This document shows positions 51,011 through 64,000 of a stretch of DNA of 64,000 bases, piece after piece. Location of the stretch: positions 20,336,001 to 20,400,000 of the forward strand of contig OZ316775.1 in assembly GCA_973851085.1 (NCBI GenBank), written 5' to 3'. The DNA comes from Ptychomitrium polyphyllum. Lineage: Eukaryota. The translations under genes were made by a program, and so were the position numbers. How positions within the stretch are numbered: position 1 is the stretch's first letter; the number at the start of each line of letters is the position of its first letter. A model generated the notes under the pieces. The model did no database searches. It saw nothing but the letters and a program-made list of their open reading frames with translations, and had not been told where the DNA came from.

Positions 51011-54000
51011 AACACATTTTCATGAAAAGTATTTGGCCTCAAGCTAGAATCATGAGACCACAGTGAGTAGATTCTAGCTACAGGTAGAATCACAAATCTC
51101 CAATTGCTACATTTGACTATAGAAGCTCAGACTCGGATTCAGTGGAAGAGTGTGGAATGAATTACTGAGTTTTTAATCGAGAGTGGTAAATCACAGTTAG
51201 TGGGTGTTAGCTTTGCATAGACCTCTGCAGTTAGTCTAATATTGATTTTATGATTAATTCAATTCCAGAGATCACATGAACATATATCTGTGTCACAGGT
51301 TTTGTTTTATGGGTGCGTCTAGGTTGTCGGCCATGATGGCGTCAATGATATGATTGATTCAACTCTAGATTTAGTTCACTTGGATTTGTATCTGTGTCGA
51401 AGAATTTGTTTTAAGTGCTTCTAGGTTGTCCATGATGGCGTGAATCAGTTTGAAAAGGAACTAGTTGATTCTAGTAAGTATGAGTAAGGCGGAAGTTTTG
51501 TTTCTGATACATCGACGTTCGTTCATCCAAGCAGTAAACATTTTTTGTTAGTAGTGTGTAACTACAAACTGATCTTGTAGCATGCGTCCATTTGATTGTG
51601 TTGTCTGGATGTAAAAGAATCGAACTTTGTGAATAAGATTATTGAATTGATTCCTAGACTTGCTTTCACCCCTACACTCGTTCTCGTAAATGTACTTTTG
51701 GCAGATGAAAAGACTTCGGAGATTGTGTACGTTTCAAACGGATTAAATTCTAGGATTCATATGGTTTCAGAAAGATGGTTCAATACACTCAACTATATTA
51801 TATTTTGGTTAGAGATCCTTGTGTCCTCGCACATTATTGCAATCTGTGTTTTGGTTCCTTGGTTAGAGCATAAACTGAAACTGGAAAATGTAAACTAAAA
51901 CCATTTGTCCTCGAAAATTTTACTCACATTTCATAATGCTTCCAAACAATATGCATAAACACCAAACACAAGCTTAAAATGCCATATTTGTTAAAGTGGC
52001 CAATTTTCGATGTTTTCACATTGTTAAATTGCCATATTCAAACTATTTTCAGTTGAAAAACAATGGAACTGGCCAATTTAATTTATATGGTGTTTAAAGC
52101 TTTATATAATCATTAAACATCTGGTAAGTTGTGAGAATGAATTAGTTCAAAAAATTTGGGCTCTCAGCAAAGTTCTGGCCTCATTTTCAAAATCTCATTT
52201 GAAAAATATTTGCAAACTACGGGTAGATGCCCTATAACATTCTCTTGCTATGACCTTGTACCATTACTACTACACCTCTTCTCCAAGTGTTGTTTACTTT
52301 GCAAAACATTGTCTGCAAGAGAGTTTCTGGCTAGATGCTACCTCCGCTGTAGAAGTGATGCAGGGTCATCTGGCTAAAGACCCTTTAGTCACCACTCACC
52401 AGTCATCAAAAATGCATTAATTATCACATCGTTTTAAGTTGATGCAATATGTTGATCTCTTTTTCCCAGCCTCTAATTTCTGGTTAACATTCCAGTCACA
52501 GAATTTTAAAATAATCTAAGTTGCGTAGACATAAAGATCATTGAATTGAAACTTCTATTATATATTATTATGCAAGGCTCTAGACTCTCAAGCTGCTTTA
52601 TCACTTCTTTTAAAACTTGTTAACCCAGATGCTCCACAAAATAAAGGGTTGTTCTTCTCAACAGCATTTTCAGTGCAAACGATCAAGGCTGGACCACTGC
52701 TGTTGCCCATTCAAAAGGCTTCCTGGCATCAGTGGCATCGTGTGATCATCACTGGTCAAGCAGCGTTAGACTATGTTGTCCAGGCAAGTCAAAAATGAGC
52801 CTTTCCAACTAACTTCAATACCAGTCTCGAAATATTCTGTCAAGTTGTAAGTTTCTCAAGCCACGATTTTCCTGGGCCTGCCACTGTACCGTGATGCATA
52901 ATGTTAATAATTCCCTTCCACAGTATTGGCTCTCATGTACCGGGAGGTTGAAACTAACTTACCTAGAGGCGTCATAGTTTATTTCTTTCACGCGATGCAC
53001 TGAAATGGCAAATAAAGGCTAAGAATGTAGCAATTTTTAACGATACACAGAACTAATTGGTTCTTGAAAAGAAAAGCATTCAGAGAGAGTGTGTTGGCTT
53101 TGGGGTGGGGCGGTATGGGCTTGGACAATCACTTAGAGATAAGAGAACAAAGTAGAATGATATAATTAAGCAGGGTAGGGTTCCGTACGGGTTACAGTTC
53201 TTTGCGATTGGAGCTCGGATTTTCGGAGTAACTACTCTTCGGGGCTTTTGGTGGGCCAAGGCTGGGATGGTTAAGCGATTTTCTTAAAAGGTTCCAAGTG
53301 GCTAGTCGGGTCCAACGCCAAGCACCTTCAAGAGATCATGTAAACAGGAACTGCGCAAACCCGGCAAAGCTTCTGGATTTGAGAGCGCGTCCGCGGATTG
53401 GAGCCAATTGCGAGGATCATGAGCTCACTGATTAGCGCCATTCTCTTTGTCCAGAATGTATGTGCATACATACCGTTACTACTGTTCCTGGAGCGTATTG
53501 ACGAAGGAGACTGTCTCAAATCATTAATGACAACCTCCCCAGGAAGCTCACTGCGGAAACACTTTCGGATATTTTTGGAATTCGGGTGTGAAGTACAAAG
53601 CTTTTGTTGTGAAAAATATGGTCTCAAAAGGGGATTAGTTTTTCACTATCACCACCTCATGGTACATACAACCGGGACCGGTACATATGAAAAGTACCGG
53701 GGACCCTAAACCTGCAGAAGTACATTTTGAATGTAACCTACAGAATTTTATTCATAGTAACGTCTAGCATAGTCTATTTAAAACTAATTCTACATATTAT
53801 TACATTTGAGTCTGTAAACAAAGTCTCGGCAATTGTACAGTGGGTGTGCAGGTCTATACGTCTACACTAAGCTCCATCTTCAAAGTCTTGGTGAAGCAAC
53901 CCTAGCCCAGGCTTTTTGCATGTGACCCCGGATCCGTACTCATTCGTGCAATTTGAATTTCTTGGATCAGTGGCGTGTTTTCCGAGGACAGGCTGAGTGA

Positions 54001-54084
54001 TACTTCGCAGGAGCATCTGCTAGGCCGTGCTTGTGTACAAACCAATGCCGTTGAACCTACGTAATTTGAGAAATTTGCAGAAGA

Positions 54085-54390
54085 TTATTGACCTCTTTGA
54101 TCATCATCGTCAGCTCCTGGATTGTCATCATCAGGTTTGCGACTGCTCTCGCCGTCACCAGGATTGAGGAAATGATCAAAATAGGGTTCACCGAGCTCCT
54201 CCTGAATCTCTCCCAGAAGCTCCCGCACATTCACTCTATCCGGCAGCTCGCGGCCGTCCAGCATCTCCTCCAGCTCATTCCGGGCGTCTTCCCCTAATTC
54301 ATCCTCGATGGCTTCCAGCACCTCTGCCACACTCGCCCACTCCGGCAACGAGTCCGGAGATAGGTTCGAGAAGAGATCCTTGGGATCCAT
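54085..54390 (-). CDS. Small acidic protein of unknown function (101 aa), paralog B
   Basis: MDPKDLF..LPEWASVAEVLEAIEDELG..VNVRELLGEIQEELGEPYFD, homologous to 50017-50268. Splice acceptor ctctcag just upstream of the ATG; TATA-like element at ~55325. Confidence 0.75.
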   Translation of the reverse strand: MDPKDLFSNLSPDSLPEWASVAEVLEAIEDELGEDARNELEEMLDGRELPDRVNVRELLGEIQEELGEPYFDHFLNPGDGESSRKPDDDNPGADDDDQRGQ

Positions 54391-57300
54391 GAAGCCTAGT
54401 TCTGAGAGGGAATTCCCTATTTTGATCGAATTCGGGGTATAGACACTCTCCACGCTAACGATTCTCTGCAACGACCAATGTATAACGTCATTCATTCTTC
54501 TCAACGTCCCAGCTAATCCTCACACATCAACGTCACCAAAAACTCAAAACTTACTGAATGCGAATCTTGTTGGAAATTCCGTCAGCTCGTTTGTGTAAGC
54601 TCAAGTGACACTATACCAAGACAACTTGACAAAATATCCGCTTCAGAATCACTTGGAAATGTTGACACAAGAATATCATAACTACTGAAACGATAGCAAT
54701 TTATGGCTTAAATAGTTTAGATGAGTTCACGTTCACAAGCTAAAAGCAGCAAACATAACATTCCAAAGCCAGGACGTGATCATCTTACTTATACTCTAGC
54801 GCCATGAGTTGTTAGAGTGCTCAACACTGTTAGTATTCCTTGAATTACAAGGACTCGACGGGAATGAGACAATGCGGCTTCCAAGATGCGTCTCTTGATA
54901 TACATGTGCAGCGTGCTACTAAACTGTCTGAACTGAATTTCGTCAGCGGGTGGGGCTTGGAGAAGTTCGTGAAAGTCAACACCAATGGGTGCTCGCACTA
55001 CACTTAAAAGGGCGACAAATGTAACAAAGAAGCCACAGGAATCCGCCACATACGCAGGACATACGCCAGATTCCACCCACCTGAAGCCCCCAGGACTCTT
55101 ACTTCAGCAAATTTACCGACTTGGCAGATCCCATTGCGTGGAAGTGACTCTTGAAATCTAAGAAAAATTCCCCCCCTCCCCGGAGCTGGGAAGAGCAGCG
55201 CCAAGCTTCCCTGAAACAGTTCCCTCCCACGCGTTGCCCAGCTCCAAGTTCACCTGCCTTTGCCCGCCGTTTCTCCTGCTCCTTCCAAATTTAAATCCTA
55301 GGACTTTCTAAATTTAAATCGCCTATATACAACTGACATTCAATCAGTCCCTTCAATTGGCTCGCAACAGAGCTAGACGAGACAAGGGTATAAGACAAAG
55401 CTCCTCGGTGCCCAACTCCGAGGCGAATTCTTCAGTTACCTTCCCAGCAACTGCAGTTAAGCCCTAAGATTCCTCTCCCCTCGCAGCATCTTTGGGGTAC
55501 TTCCGCAGAGCCTGCTGCTTCCCTTCCAAAGTAATGAAAAGAAAGACTCGGCTCAAACTCAAGTTTTAGCTACACGGATCCTCAACATACAATTCAAAAT
55601 ATAGACTCACCTCGGCTATACTATAGCATACTCGAGTCCCTAATCAGTGATCCCGTGTGGGGCCATTCCGGGAGCCCCATCCATCCTAGGCGCGGTAAAA
55701 CTTTTATGGGACCACTGGGAGCCCCAACCGAGAAAAGCAGATTGAAGTTCAAACTTTTGGGGTTCATTGGGAGCTTCATCCAAGATCCCCAGCTTTGGAT
55801 CATTCATTAATCAATACTAGCCTACTAGCTTAGCGTAGTGTGATCCAAAGACAATGGTCAAGCCGTGAAAATCCTATCTCAGGCTAAGTAAGACGAGAAG
55901 AAGGGGAAGCAGACTCCAAATTAGATGAGCTGCAGTGGAGCTTCGCAGGGGGTTGGCCACACACGCCGACACAGCCGCGTGTGCCTCACCGTGCACGATA
56001 AAGAGCACCTGGAATCCGGCGTTGCTGCCTCGTGTGACCCCTACACTTCAAGCCACCACTCGGCGAGCCAAGGCGTTCGCAAGTCACGGGCCACAAGTGG
56101 GGTGGGAAGACTACAGTACAAATTGAAATTGTGCCCTCGGGCCTCCACCAGTGCCTGTATGTATGTTGATTATGGAGGCATAACTGCGATTGTCTAGTAT
56201 TTTTGGGCTCTCGTTATGATCCTCTGTGATCCACAGGGATCCACTACCAGAATCACTCTGGAAAAACTACACGAATCGTCGACTGCCCCAGGGCCGCGCC
56301 AGCCTCTAGGAGACGCTGGACATGGGTGAACTCGGGCTCCCTGTTTCGCCTGATCGCCGATCGCCTCCAAATTTGGTTCAGCTTGGGGCTAAATTTGGCG
56401 GGGTGTTTGACTGGAGGCCTCTGCAGCATCTGTGTTCGCATTAGTTTTTAGAGTGAGAGGGAGCCGTGATTGGCCCTCTGTGAGGATGTCATTTCAAGTG
56501 CTCCAGAGCTGACTCGGCTGACTTGACCAGAGCTTGCATGCAGGAACTAAATATCACAACTCCTTTTTCTAAGCTCGAGCGAACCCAAAACGAATGATGC
56601 CCCTAGCACCGACAAGAAGAACATATTTTTTCGCCTGAAGATTTTGTCTTTTCAAGCTACACCCTAATCGTAGGGCCCTAGACTACAATGCAAGCCATAT
56701 CTCGGAATCTTGTGTTACTTTTTTGATTTATTTCAAGCTATTTTACGAAGCAAGTAAAAACTTGTATGCCAATTTATATATCAATATATGGACGACCTAT
56801 ATGTCAATTTAAAACAAGTAATGTGGTCATCACATCTTTGATGTAATGGCATTTGAAGCAGGTTTCTTTCTCAAGACTGAACTCTTATGTGAAGTCCTAC
56901 ATGAAATCTCAACATAATATGTGTGGACAGACAAATGGATAGATAGACAAAATAGAATTATAAGGTTTTTTTTTGTACTATGTATATAAACCTAAATAAT
57001 GAGCATGGAAATTTAACTTTATTTAAAATGTACTACAACTTTTTAATGTTGGAATTAATGACCATGTGAATTTTATACTATAAGGTTCAAAGTTGGATGA
57101 ACTTTTTAAAAACACTTTATTTTTTAAATGCTTTGTTATTTTGAACTTTTATCAAAATTTGAAATTATTATATTTTGCATTGAATATTAGATATGCTATA
57201 AACAACAATGAATTGTAAGAATCTACCCAAAGTCAAAATAAATTTGTCTTATATTATTGTATATTGCATGGTTGAAATAAAATAGGCTATAATCATTTGC

Positions 57301-58021
57301 AAGGCTAAATTGAAATATTGAACACCAAAAATTACACATAAATAACATAATCCAAAGCACTATAATTAAAAAGAAATTTTTGCCACATATAAAAATGTTT
57401 ACTTTTTGGTAGTGTGAATTAAATAAAATACAATGCAAACCTTAAAGCCATATTTGGTTGGTTTAGCAAGTATGTATTGCCAAAAGTTGGAATAATGACT
57501 TCAATGAGCTATTACAATCTCAATATATTTCAATATGTTTAATAAGATTGTACTAATTTTATTCTTAATCACAAAATTATCTACAATCCATTGTTTTTTT
57601 GTTATTTTATCATAACCAAGTTCATTCTTCTTTGTTGTAAGTTTCATTATTAACCACATGAATATATTAAAGCAAATTCTTTAAAAAAATTCTAATGAAT
57701 ATTTGTAGACTGCCAAAACACCTTAAATATTCCTTAGGATCTAGTCTACCTTGTGAATAAAATTAACATTCCTTCTAATATTTCAAGTGCTTTGCAGCTA
57801 TCATAAGTTTCTATTGACCATGCACGTATTCCATGCCACATCCTTATATAGGCGTTCTCTTTATTATTATTGTCCACAATTTTGTTCTCAACAAGGATTA
57901 TGACACACAATTTAATATACTTTTACCTCATTTTAGAGTCTACTTGACCCTTGTCTATTTAAGTTCATATTTCCATCCATATCATCTTAAATTTCTTTTC
58001 TTTAAATTACAACCTTACAAT

Positions 58022-61000
58022 TGTGACAGAGATACATACTAGAAGCATTTAGAAATGTTTTTAGAAATAGTTGGAAGCATCCTTGGAATTTTTCTTGACT
58101 TAAAAAACTTCCAAGGAAGTTACTTTAAATTTAGGAAGCTTTTATAGAAGTTGCCTTTGCTTAGAAAGCTTCCAATGAAGTTGCCTTGGTTTAAGAAGCT
58201 TCCAAAGAGGTTGCCTTGGTTTAGGAAGCAAATTAAGGTTGCTTGAGTACAAAGTAATGTATGTGAAGCTTCTCAAGAAGCTTCTAAGGCTTGTAGTTCT
58301 AATATATATAGGAGTCAAGGCTGAAGAACTTTTTAGTCTTGACAACGCATTTCTTGTGGTCTAGCTTAGATCTTCTAGCCTTATCTTTTGTACCTTGTTT
58401 TAGCTCTATACTTCTAATATACTTGGACTTATCTTGTTTTACATCTTGGAATCCTGAAGTCTTGTCTTGTGGTTATTCTATCAGTGACAGTTTGTCAAAA
58501 CTGACATACAACAATATAAGGGCTCGGTCTTTCTTGATAGAAAGCGAATCACCCCTCTTTCTTGAAAGCACTATAGCACTCTAAAGGTTGCGGATTTCCT
58601 TTCTTTAGATTGATGTTTCTTCTTGAATTTACTTTGGTTTCTTGAATAGTTAGCAGTTTTTATCTATTCCCACTTCATTTCTATGCTAAAGGGTGAAGAA
58701 GTCAATATGACTGATTAAAAAGAAACAAAGTTTGATTCCATCACCAATGCCTTTGAAGCATTGAAGATCAAAACCAAGACTTTATCCAAGCAAAAAAAAG
58801 AACTATATTTGACCATACACAACGGTCAAGGAGCAGAAACAGCACAGTTGTTATCTCAAGTTAACTTAGGTGCTTCATTGTCTAAACTTGATTTGATAGA
58901 TGATAGACAAATTCAAGCTAGGAATTCAATGCCAACAACCAAAGAATCAAGAATCAGCCTTCCAGAAAAGTTTTACGGTACGCATTCGAAATTTCAAGGC
59001 TTTGTAAACCAAGTTCAACTTGTTACTTTACTTCAACCTCGATGGTATCCTACGGACACTTTGTATCTTGGTTTGGTAGAAACATTACTCTCAGGACAAG
59101 CATTATCCTGGTTTGCACCACTTTTTGAGAAGAATTCTTCTATATTTAGCAACTTTGATGCGTTCATAGCCGCATTTGCAAAAGCATTTGGTGACCAGGA
59201 CAAGCTTCATTCTGCAACTACTAAGATTCGTGCCTTGCACCAAGGGCCACATTCTATGTCAATTCATGCATTGGAATTTCAACAACTTGCATGCGACATC
59301 AATTGGGAGAAGAAGGGTTGATGAGTCAATTTCATTGGGGCGTACGCGACGAGGTTAAAGATTTATTGCTATCCATGCCAGACCTCCAAACACTTGATGA
59401 AGCCATCAGCCAAGCTCTGAAGTGCAATAATCGTCTATATCAACGTTGACAAGATAAACAGACTTCCATTACGCCTCGGCCATGTACCAACTTTTCAGTA
59501 GCTACAGCCTCATCTACCTCTAATAAATATTTGGGAGCAGAAGTTATGCACATTGATGCGGTTTGCTTCAAGCCCCTTACTCAACATAAGAACAAGCAGC
59601 TAAAGAAGCAAGGATTGTGTTTATACTGTAGAAAATCTAGCCCCAAGGTTGATAAATGCTTAGAGAAACCTCTACATACATATTAGATGAGAGGTACAAC
59701 CACAATGCCAAACACTTTGTAGGATAACAAGGACATTCAGCCATAGTAGGGACCGTGCAGCTGGATCCGTTTTCTTTGCAAGCAAACAAAGGTCTTGTTT
59801 TATGAGCCAATTTTACCTCTTGGTTTATTATACCTGTTTGCTTAGGTGTTCAAAAGCTCAAAAGCCTTGCTCTAATAGATTCAAGAGCCTCTACTTGCTT
59901 CATTAACAAAGAATTTATAAAAATCCATAAGTTTCTTTTTATTAAAAAATCCAAACCCATCCATGTAGAAGTCATAGATGGTCGACCGTTATCTTCCAGA
60001 GATGTTATTCATGAGACCAATCCATTAATAGTAACATTGAACAATTATAGTAGTCAAGTGATATTTAATGCCATTAGGTCTTTGTCAAGTTCCATCATTC
60101 TACGACTTTCTTGGCTTTAAAAGTACAATTTGCAGATAGATTGAGTATCCCGCAAAATAGAATTTCCATCATTAGAACTTGTAACTACTCAGCCTACGGA
60201 GGAAGCTGGAGCATCTTAAAGATTTAAAAAGCCTCTCTTCATTGAAGCTAGAGCATTTATGAGAGCAGCAAAGATTGGTGCTTCTTTTGCTATGTATGCA
60301 ATTCTAACGTCCATAGTTGTGGCTTCATTCTCAATCATTCCAAAAAAAACATAAGAATTCAACGATGTATTCAAAAAAAAAAATGCAAACACTCTACTAG
60401 AAGATTGTCTTTACGACTGTACCATAGACCTCCAAGACGGTGCCTAGCCACCATCTGGACCTATCTATCATTTATCCCAAAACAAGCTTTCATCACTGAA
60501 GCAGTATTTTGATGAAAACTTAGCCAAGAACTTCATTCAACATTCTAAATCTTCTGCTAGTGCTTCGATACTTTTTGTAAAGAAGAAAGATGGATCCTTA
60601 CAAATGTGTGTTGATTATCGCAGCTTCAACAAAATGACTATAAAGAATCAATATCCATTGCCGCTGATATCTGGATTCTTGATCAATTCTGCCAAGCAAA
60701 GATTTATACCAAAATAGACTTGCAAGGAGCCTACAATTTGGTGCGCATCAAAGAAGAAGATGAATAGAAGACAGCATTTTGAACAAGGTATGGAAATTTT
60801 AAACACAATATCATGCCTTTTGAACTTATTAATGCACCTGCCATTTTTCAGCACTTAATGAATGACATATTTTGGAAGTACCTCAATGATTTTGTCGTAT
60901 GTTATCTAAATGATATCTTGATCTATTCAAAGAAGCTAGAGGAACATGAACAACATGCCCAAATACTCCTACAAAAGCTACAAAATATTGGTTTGTATGC

Positions 61001-64000
61001 CAAGCTAGAGAAATGTGTATTCCACGAACCTCAAGTAGAATTCCTTAGTTATATCAACTCTAACAAAGGATTCTTGAGCAATCCAAAGAAGGTCAAAGCA
61101 GTTAGCAATTGAACAAGGCCAAAATTGATATGTGATGTTCAATGCTTTTTTGAATTTGCAAACTTCTATAGGATCTTCATCAAGGATAATTCTCGAATAG
61201 CTACACCACTCACGCGACTAACATGCCAGGAAAAGCTTAAGTGGAGATCCGATGCTAAGGAAGCATTTCAAAGTTTGAAGCGAACTTTTACCACAGCTCC
61301 TATTTTTATCCTTCCAAATTTTTTGAAGCAATTTTATCTTGAAATAAATGCTTATGACTTTGCACTAGAAGCAATTTTGTCACAAACGGGGGAAGAAAGG
61401 AGACTCCATCCGATTGCATTCCATTCCAAAAAAGATTTAGCTGCAGAAATCAACTACAAGATTTACGACAAGGAACTCCTTGCAATTGTAGATTCCTTCC
61501 AAAAATGCCATCACTTCCTTGAGGTTGCCGCGCATCCAGTGATTGTATATACAGATCACAAGAACTTGGAATAATTCATGTCAACCCGTGTTTTGAATCG
61601 CAGATAAGCTTGTTGGAGTATATTTCTATCTCGATTTGATTTTTGCATCACATATTGACCCAAAAAACAGCAAGGATTATCAGATGGTTTGTCAAGGCAA
61701 TCATACCTTGCGCCAAAAAAAGGAAAGGCAGCACACAATCAATACTGAGCAACTATGTTGAAACTCAAACGGTTTTGTATACGCACAACCACTATTTTAA
61801 CTCCAATGGATTTGTTATTCTTTGACTAGGTGCATGTGGCATCTACCAAAGATCCTCTTATTCTTGATATCAAGCGTTGTTTCAACAACCTCCCTGAACA
61901 TGCGTCTAAGTTCAAATTAGAAGACAACATTCTTTACTTTGAAGAACGTCTATATATTCCTAATAGACCAATCTGCCATTGTGTACTTCAAAGACGTCAT
62001 TACTGTATTGCGGCTGGACATTCTACATTCAATTAAACATTGGAACTCCTCTCAAAAGACTTTTGGTGGCCTCAAATGTGGAAGGCCGTTAAGAAGTTTG
62101 TACTCTCGTGTAATACCTGCTCTAGACCAAAAATCCCTCAACACCGTCCGTATGGACTTCTTCAACCACTGCCTATTTCAAGCCAACCAAGATCGTCCAT
62201 TTCAATGGATTTCACTACAAATTTTCCATCGTCAAATTCTTTTTATACCATCTTTATTGTAGTAGACCAATTGACCAAGATGGCACATTTTATACCTTGC
62301 AAGGAGACAATTATAGGTGAAGAGACTGCCACACTCTTTATGGATAATGTCTATCGCTACCATGAATTACCTGACAATATTATATTAGATCGTGGACCAT
62401 AGTTTGTATCAAGATTTTGGAAGTTGTTCTTTGAAATCCTTAAGGTGGACATCAAACTTTCTTTTGCCTTCCATCCTCAGACCAATGGCCAAACAGAGCA
62501 AGCCAACCAGATCCTGGAGCAATATTTGAAGTGTACTATCATCTATCAACAAAATAATTGGACTTCCTATTTGACATTAGCTAAGTTTACTTACAACAAC
62601 ACCACTCAAGCTTCCACCTAAAAAAAGCCATTCTATTCCAACTATAGACATCATCCAAAAATGGATATGTTATAGTCTCCACAATCTAAAAATCTAGCAA
62701 TAGATGGATTTGCCAAAAGAATGGCACATCTTCAAACAACCATGAAGACTCAATTAAAAGAAGCTTGGAAACGATACAAAATAGCAGCAAATGCAACAAG
62801 GAAGGAACAACCTCCATTCTAAGTTGGTGAGAAGGTGTGGCTCTTTCGACACAATATAAGGACCAATAGGCTATGTGACAAGCTAGACTATCGCAAATTG
62901 GGACCATTTGCAATCGAAAAATAAGTCAACTACGTAGCATATTGTTTAAAACTACCAACATCAATGAAGGTACATCCCGTCTTCTACATTTCATTTTTGG
63001 AAACTTAAAAGGAATCAAGAATCCTTAGACAAAGCCAGCTGCCACCACTTGTGGTCGAAATTGACAATCATCATGAATTTGAAGTAGAAGAAGTGCTTGA
63101 CTCATAAATAAGATGTGGAAAGCTGGAATACTTGGTACATTTGCAAGGATATGACATCAGTGAGTACATGAGAGCCAACTAACAACCTTGCCAATTCATG
63201 AGTAGAAAATCGTGAGTTCCATCGACAATATCCATCCAAACCAAAAGTAGCAACAGATGGAATAGTATAAATCGATAAGGCTGCGTATCCTTAAAGGCTC
63301 TTGATGCTTGGGTGTTTAAATAGGAGAGAAAGCAATTCCTAAATCAAAAATTTTCAAAGTCCAAAACATGATTTATAAATTAGTCGTTTGTATTTTGAAG
63401 TTTGTCATAGTTTTCTGAGACTAGCTCAATATATTAGATATAGGTAGTCAAGATGCAGATACCATGTCAATGGTGTCAATCCAACCAAGTGGCTTTCATT
63501 GACAGCCTCGTGATAAAAAACAGATTGGACCAAGAAGGCGGCGGAAGATACCCAACAATAGATTGTTGATGATTCTCTATGAAGTGGAGCCGGCTTACAA
63601 AAGTTATCTTGAAGTTGTTTTTGAATAATGTTTTCACAATGACGATACAAAAATTCATGCATGGTCCCAAGTAGAAGGCTTTGGACACTATCGGTGGTTA
63701 CAAGGACCCATGAACCATTTGAATTGAGAAAGGCAATTGGAGTATGTTGGACATATTATGCGACAAATTTTTGACTTTTCACAACTCTGAGCATTTGTTA
63801 CTCCTTGGAGACCTTGGAACTAGAAAGCGAGGTAATATTACAAATATACATATTAAAAGCATTTAGAAAGGTTCTTAAAAAACTTAGAAAGTTTACTTAA
63901 CTTAGAAAACTTCTAAGGAAGTAACCTATGATTTAGGAAGCTTCTAAGGAAATTACCTCAAACTAGGGAACTTCCAAAGAAACAACTCAAGGTTGCTTGA
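58022..64000 (+). mobile_element. Near full-length degenerate Ty3/Gypsy chromovirus (Tcn1-like), 3' LTR cut by the window end
   Basis: 5' LTR 58022-58489 (TG...CA); gag 58761-59321; protease ALIDS at ~59870; RT (YLNDILIYS); RNase H (YDKELLAIV); integrase (HPQTNGQTE); chromodomain FEVEEVLD at ~63080; PPT at ~63822-63835; 3' LTR from 63836. Confidence 0.95.

Noticed and set aside
51317..51446. Direct repeat tctaggttgtc(gg)catgatggcgt
   Set aside because: A two-copy ~25 bp local duplication with no evidence of function.
54391..54504. N-terminal extension of the 139 aa ORF 54085-54504
   Set aside because: Homology to paralog A starts at the ATG at 54390, and a splice acceptor lies just upstream, so the extension is probably intron or UTR.
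55970..56030. RVCLTV..KSTWNPAL, resembling a ubiquitin-conjugating E2 active-site segment
   Set aside because: It needs a frameshift, lacks the HPN motif and flanking homology, and is too short to support.

Overview
Eukaryotic, intron-rich plant genomic DNA, most likely from a moss such as Physcomitrium. That is an inference from a flagellar DM10 gene, self-priming chromoviruses and a half-tRNA-primed Copia. About 40% of the window is decayed LTR retrotransposon. This includes a three-level nest at 1-8901 (a Copia inside a ~1.6 kb solo LTR inside a chromovirus), a full-length chromovirus with an exact ATATG target-site duplication (18006-24709), a solo LTR (~25713-26069) and a third chromovirus running off the end (58022-64000). 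Host genes are an EFHC1/RIB72-like DM10 axonemal gene (-), a kinesin-12 (PAKRP1-like) gene with an MSA-element cluster in its promoter (+), a secreted PQQ beta-propeller (PVA-dehydrogenase-like) gene (-) and a DnaJ-like zinc-finger gene (-). There are also two pseudogenes that the ORF track does not show clearly: an L-type lectin (-) and a CHIP TPR/U-box ligase (+). The most unexplained items are a convergent pair of paralogous small acidic proteins with an internal repeat (50017-50268 + and 54085-54390 -), a ~360 bp foldback lying between them, and a 165-185 bp upstream module shared by the unrelated lectin and PQQ genes. All alignments and exon boundaries were made by eye, and no database searches were run.
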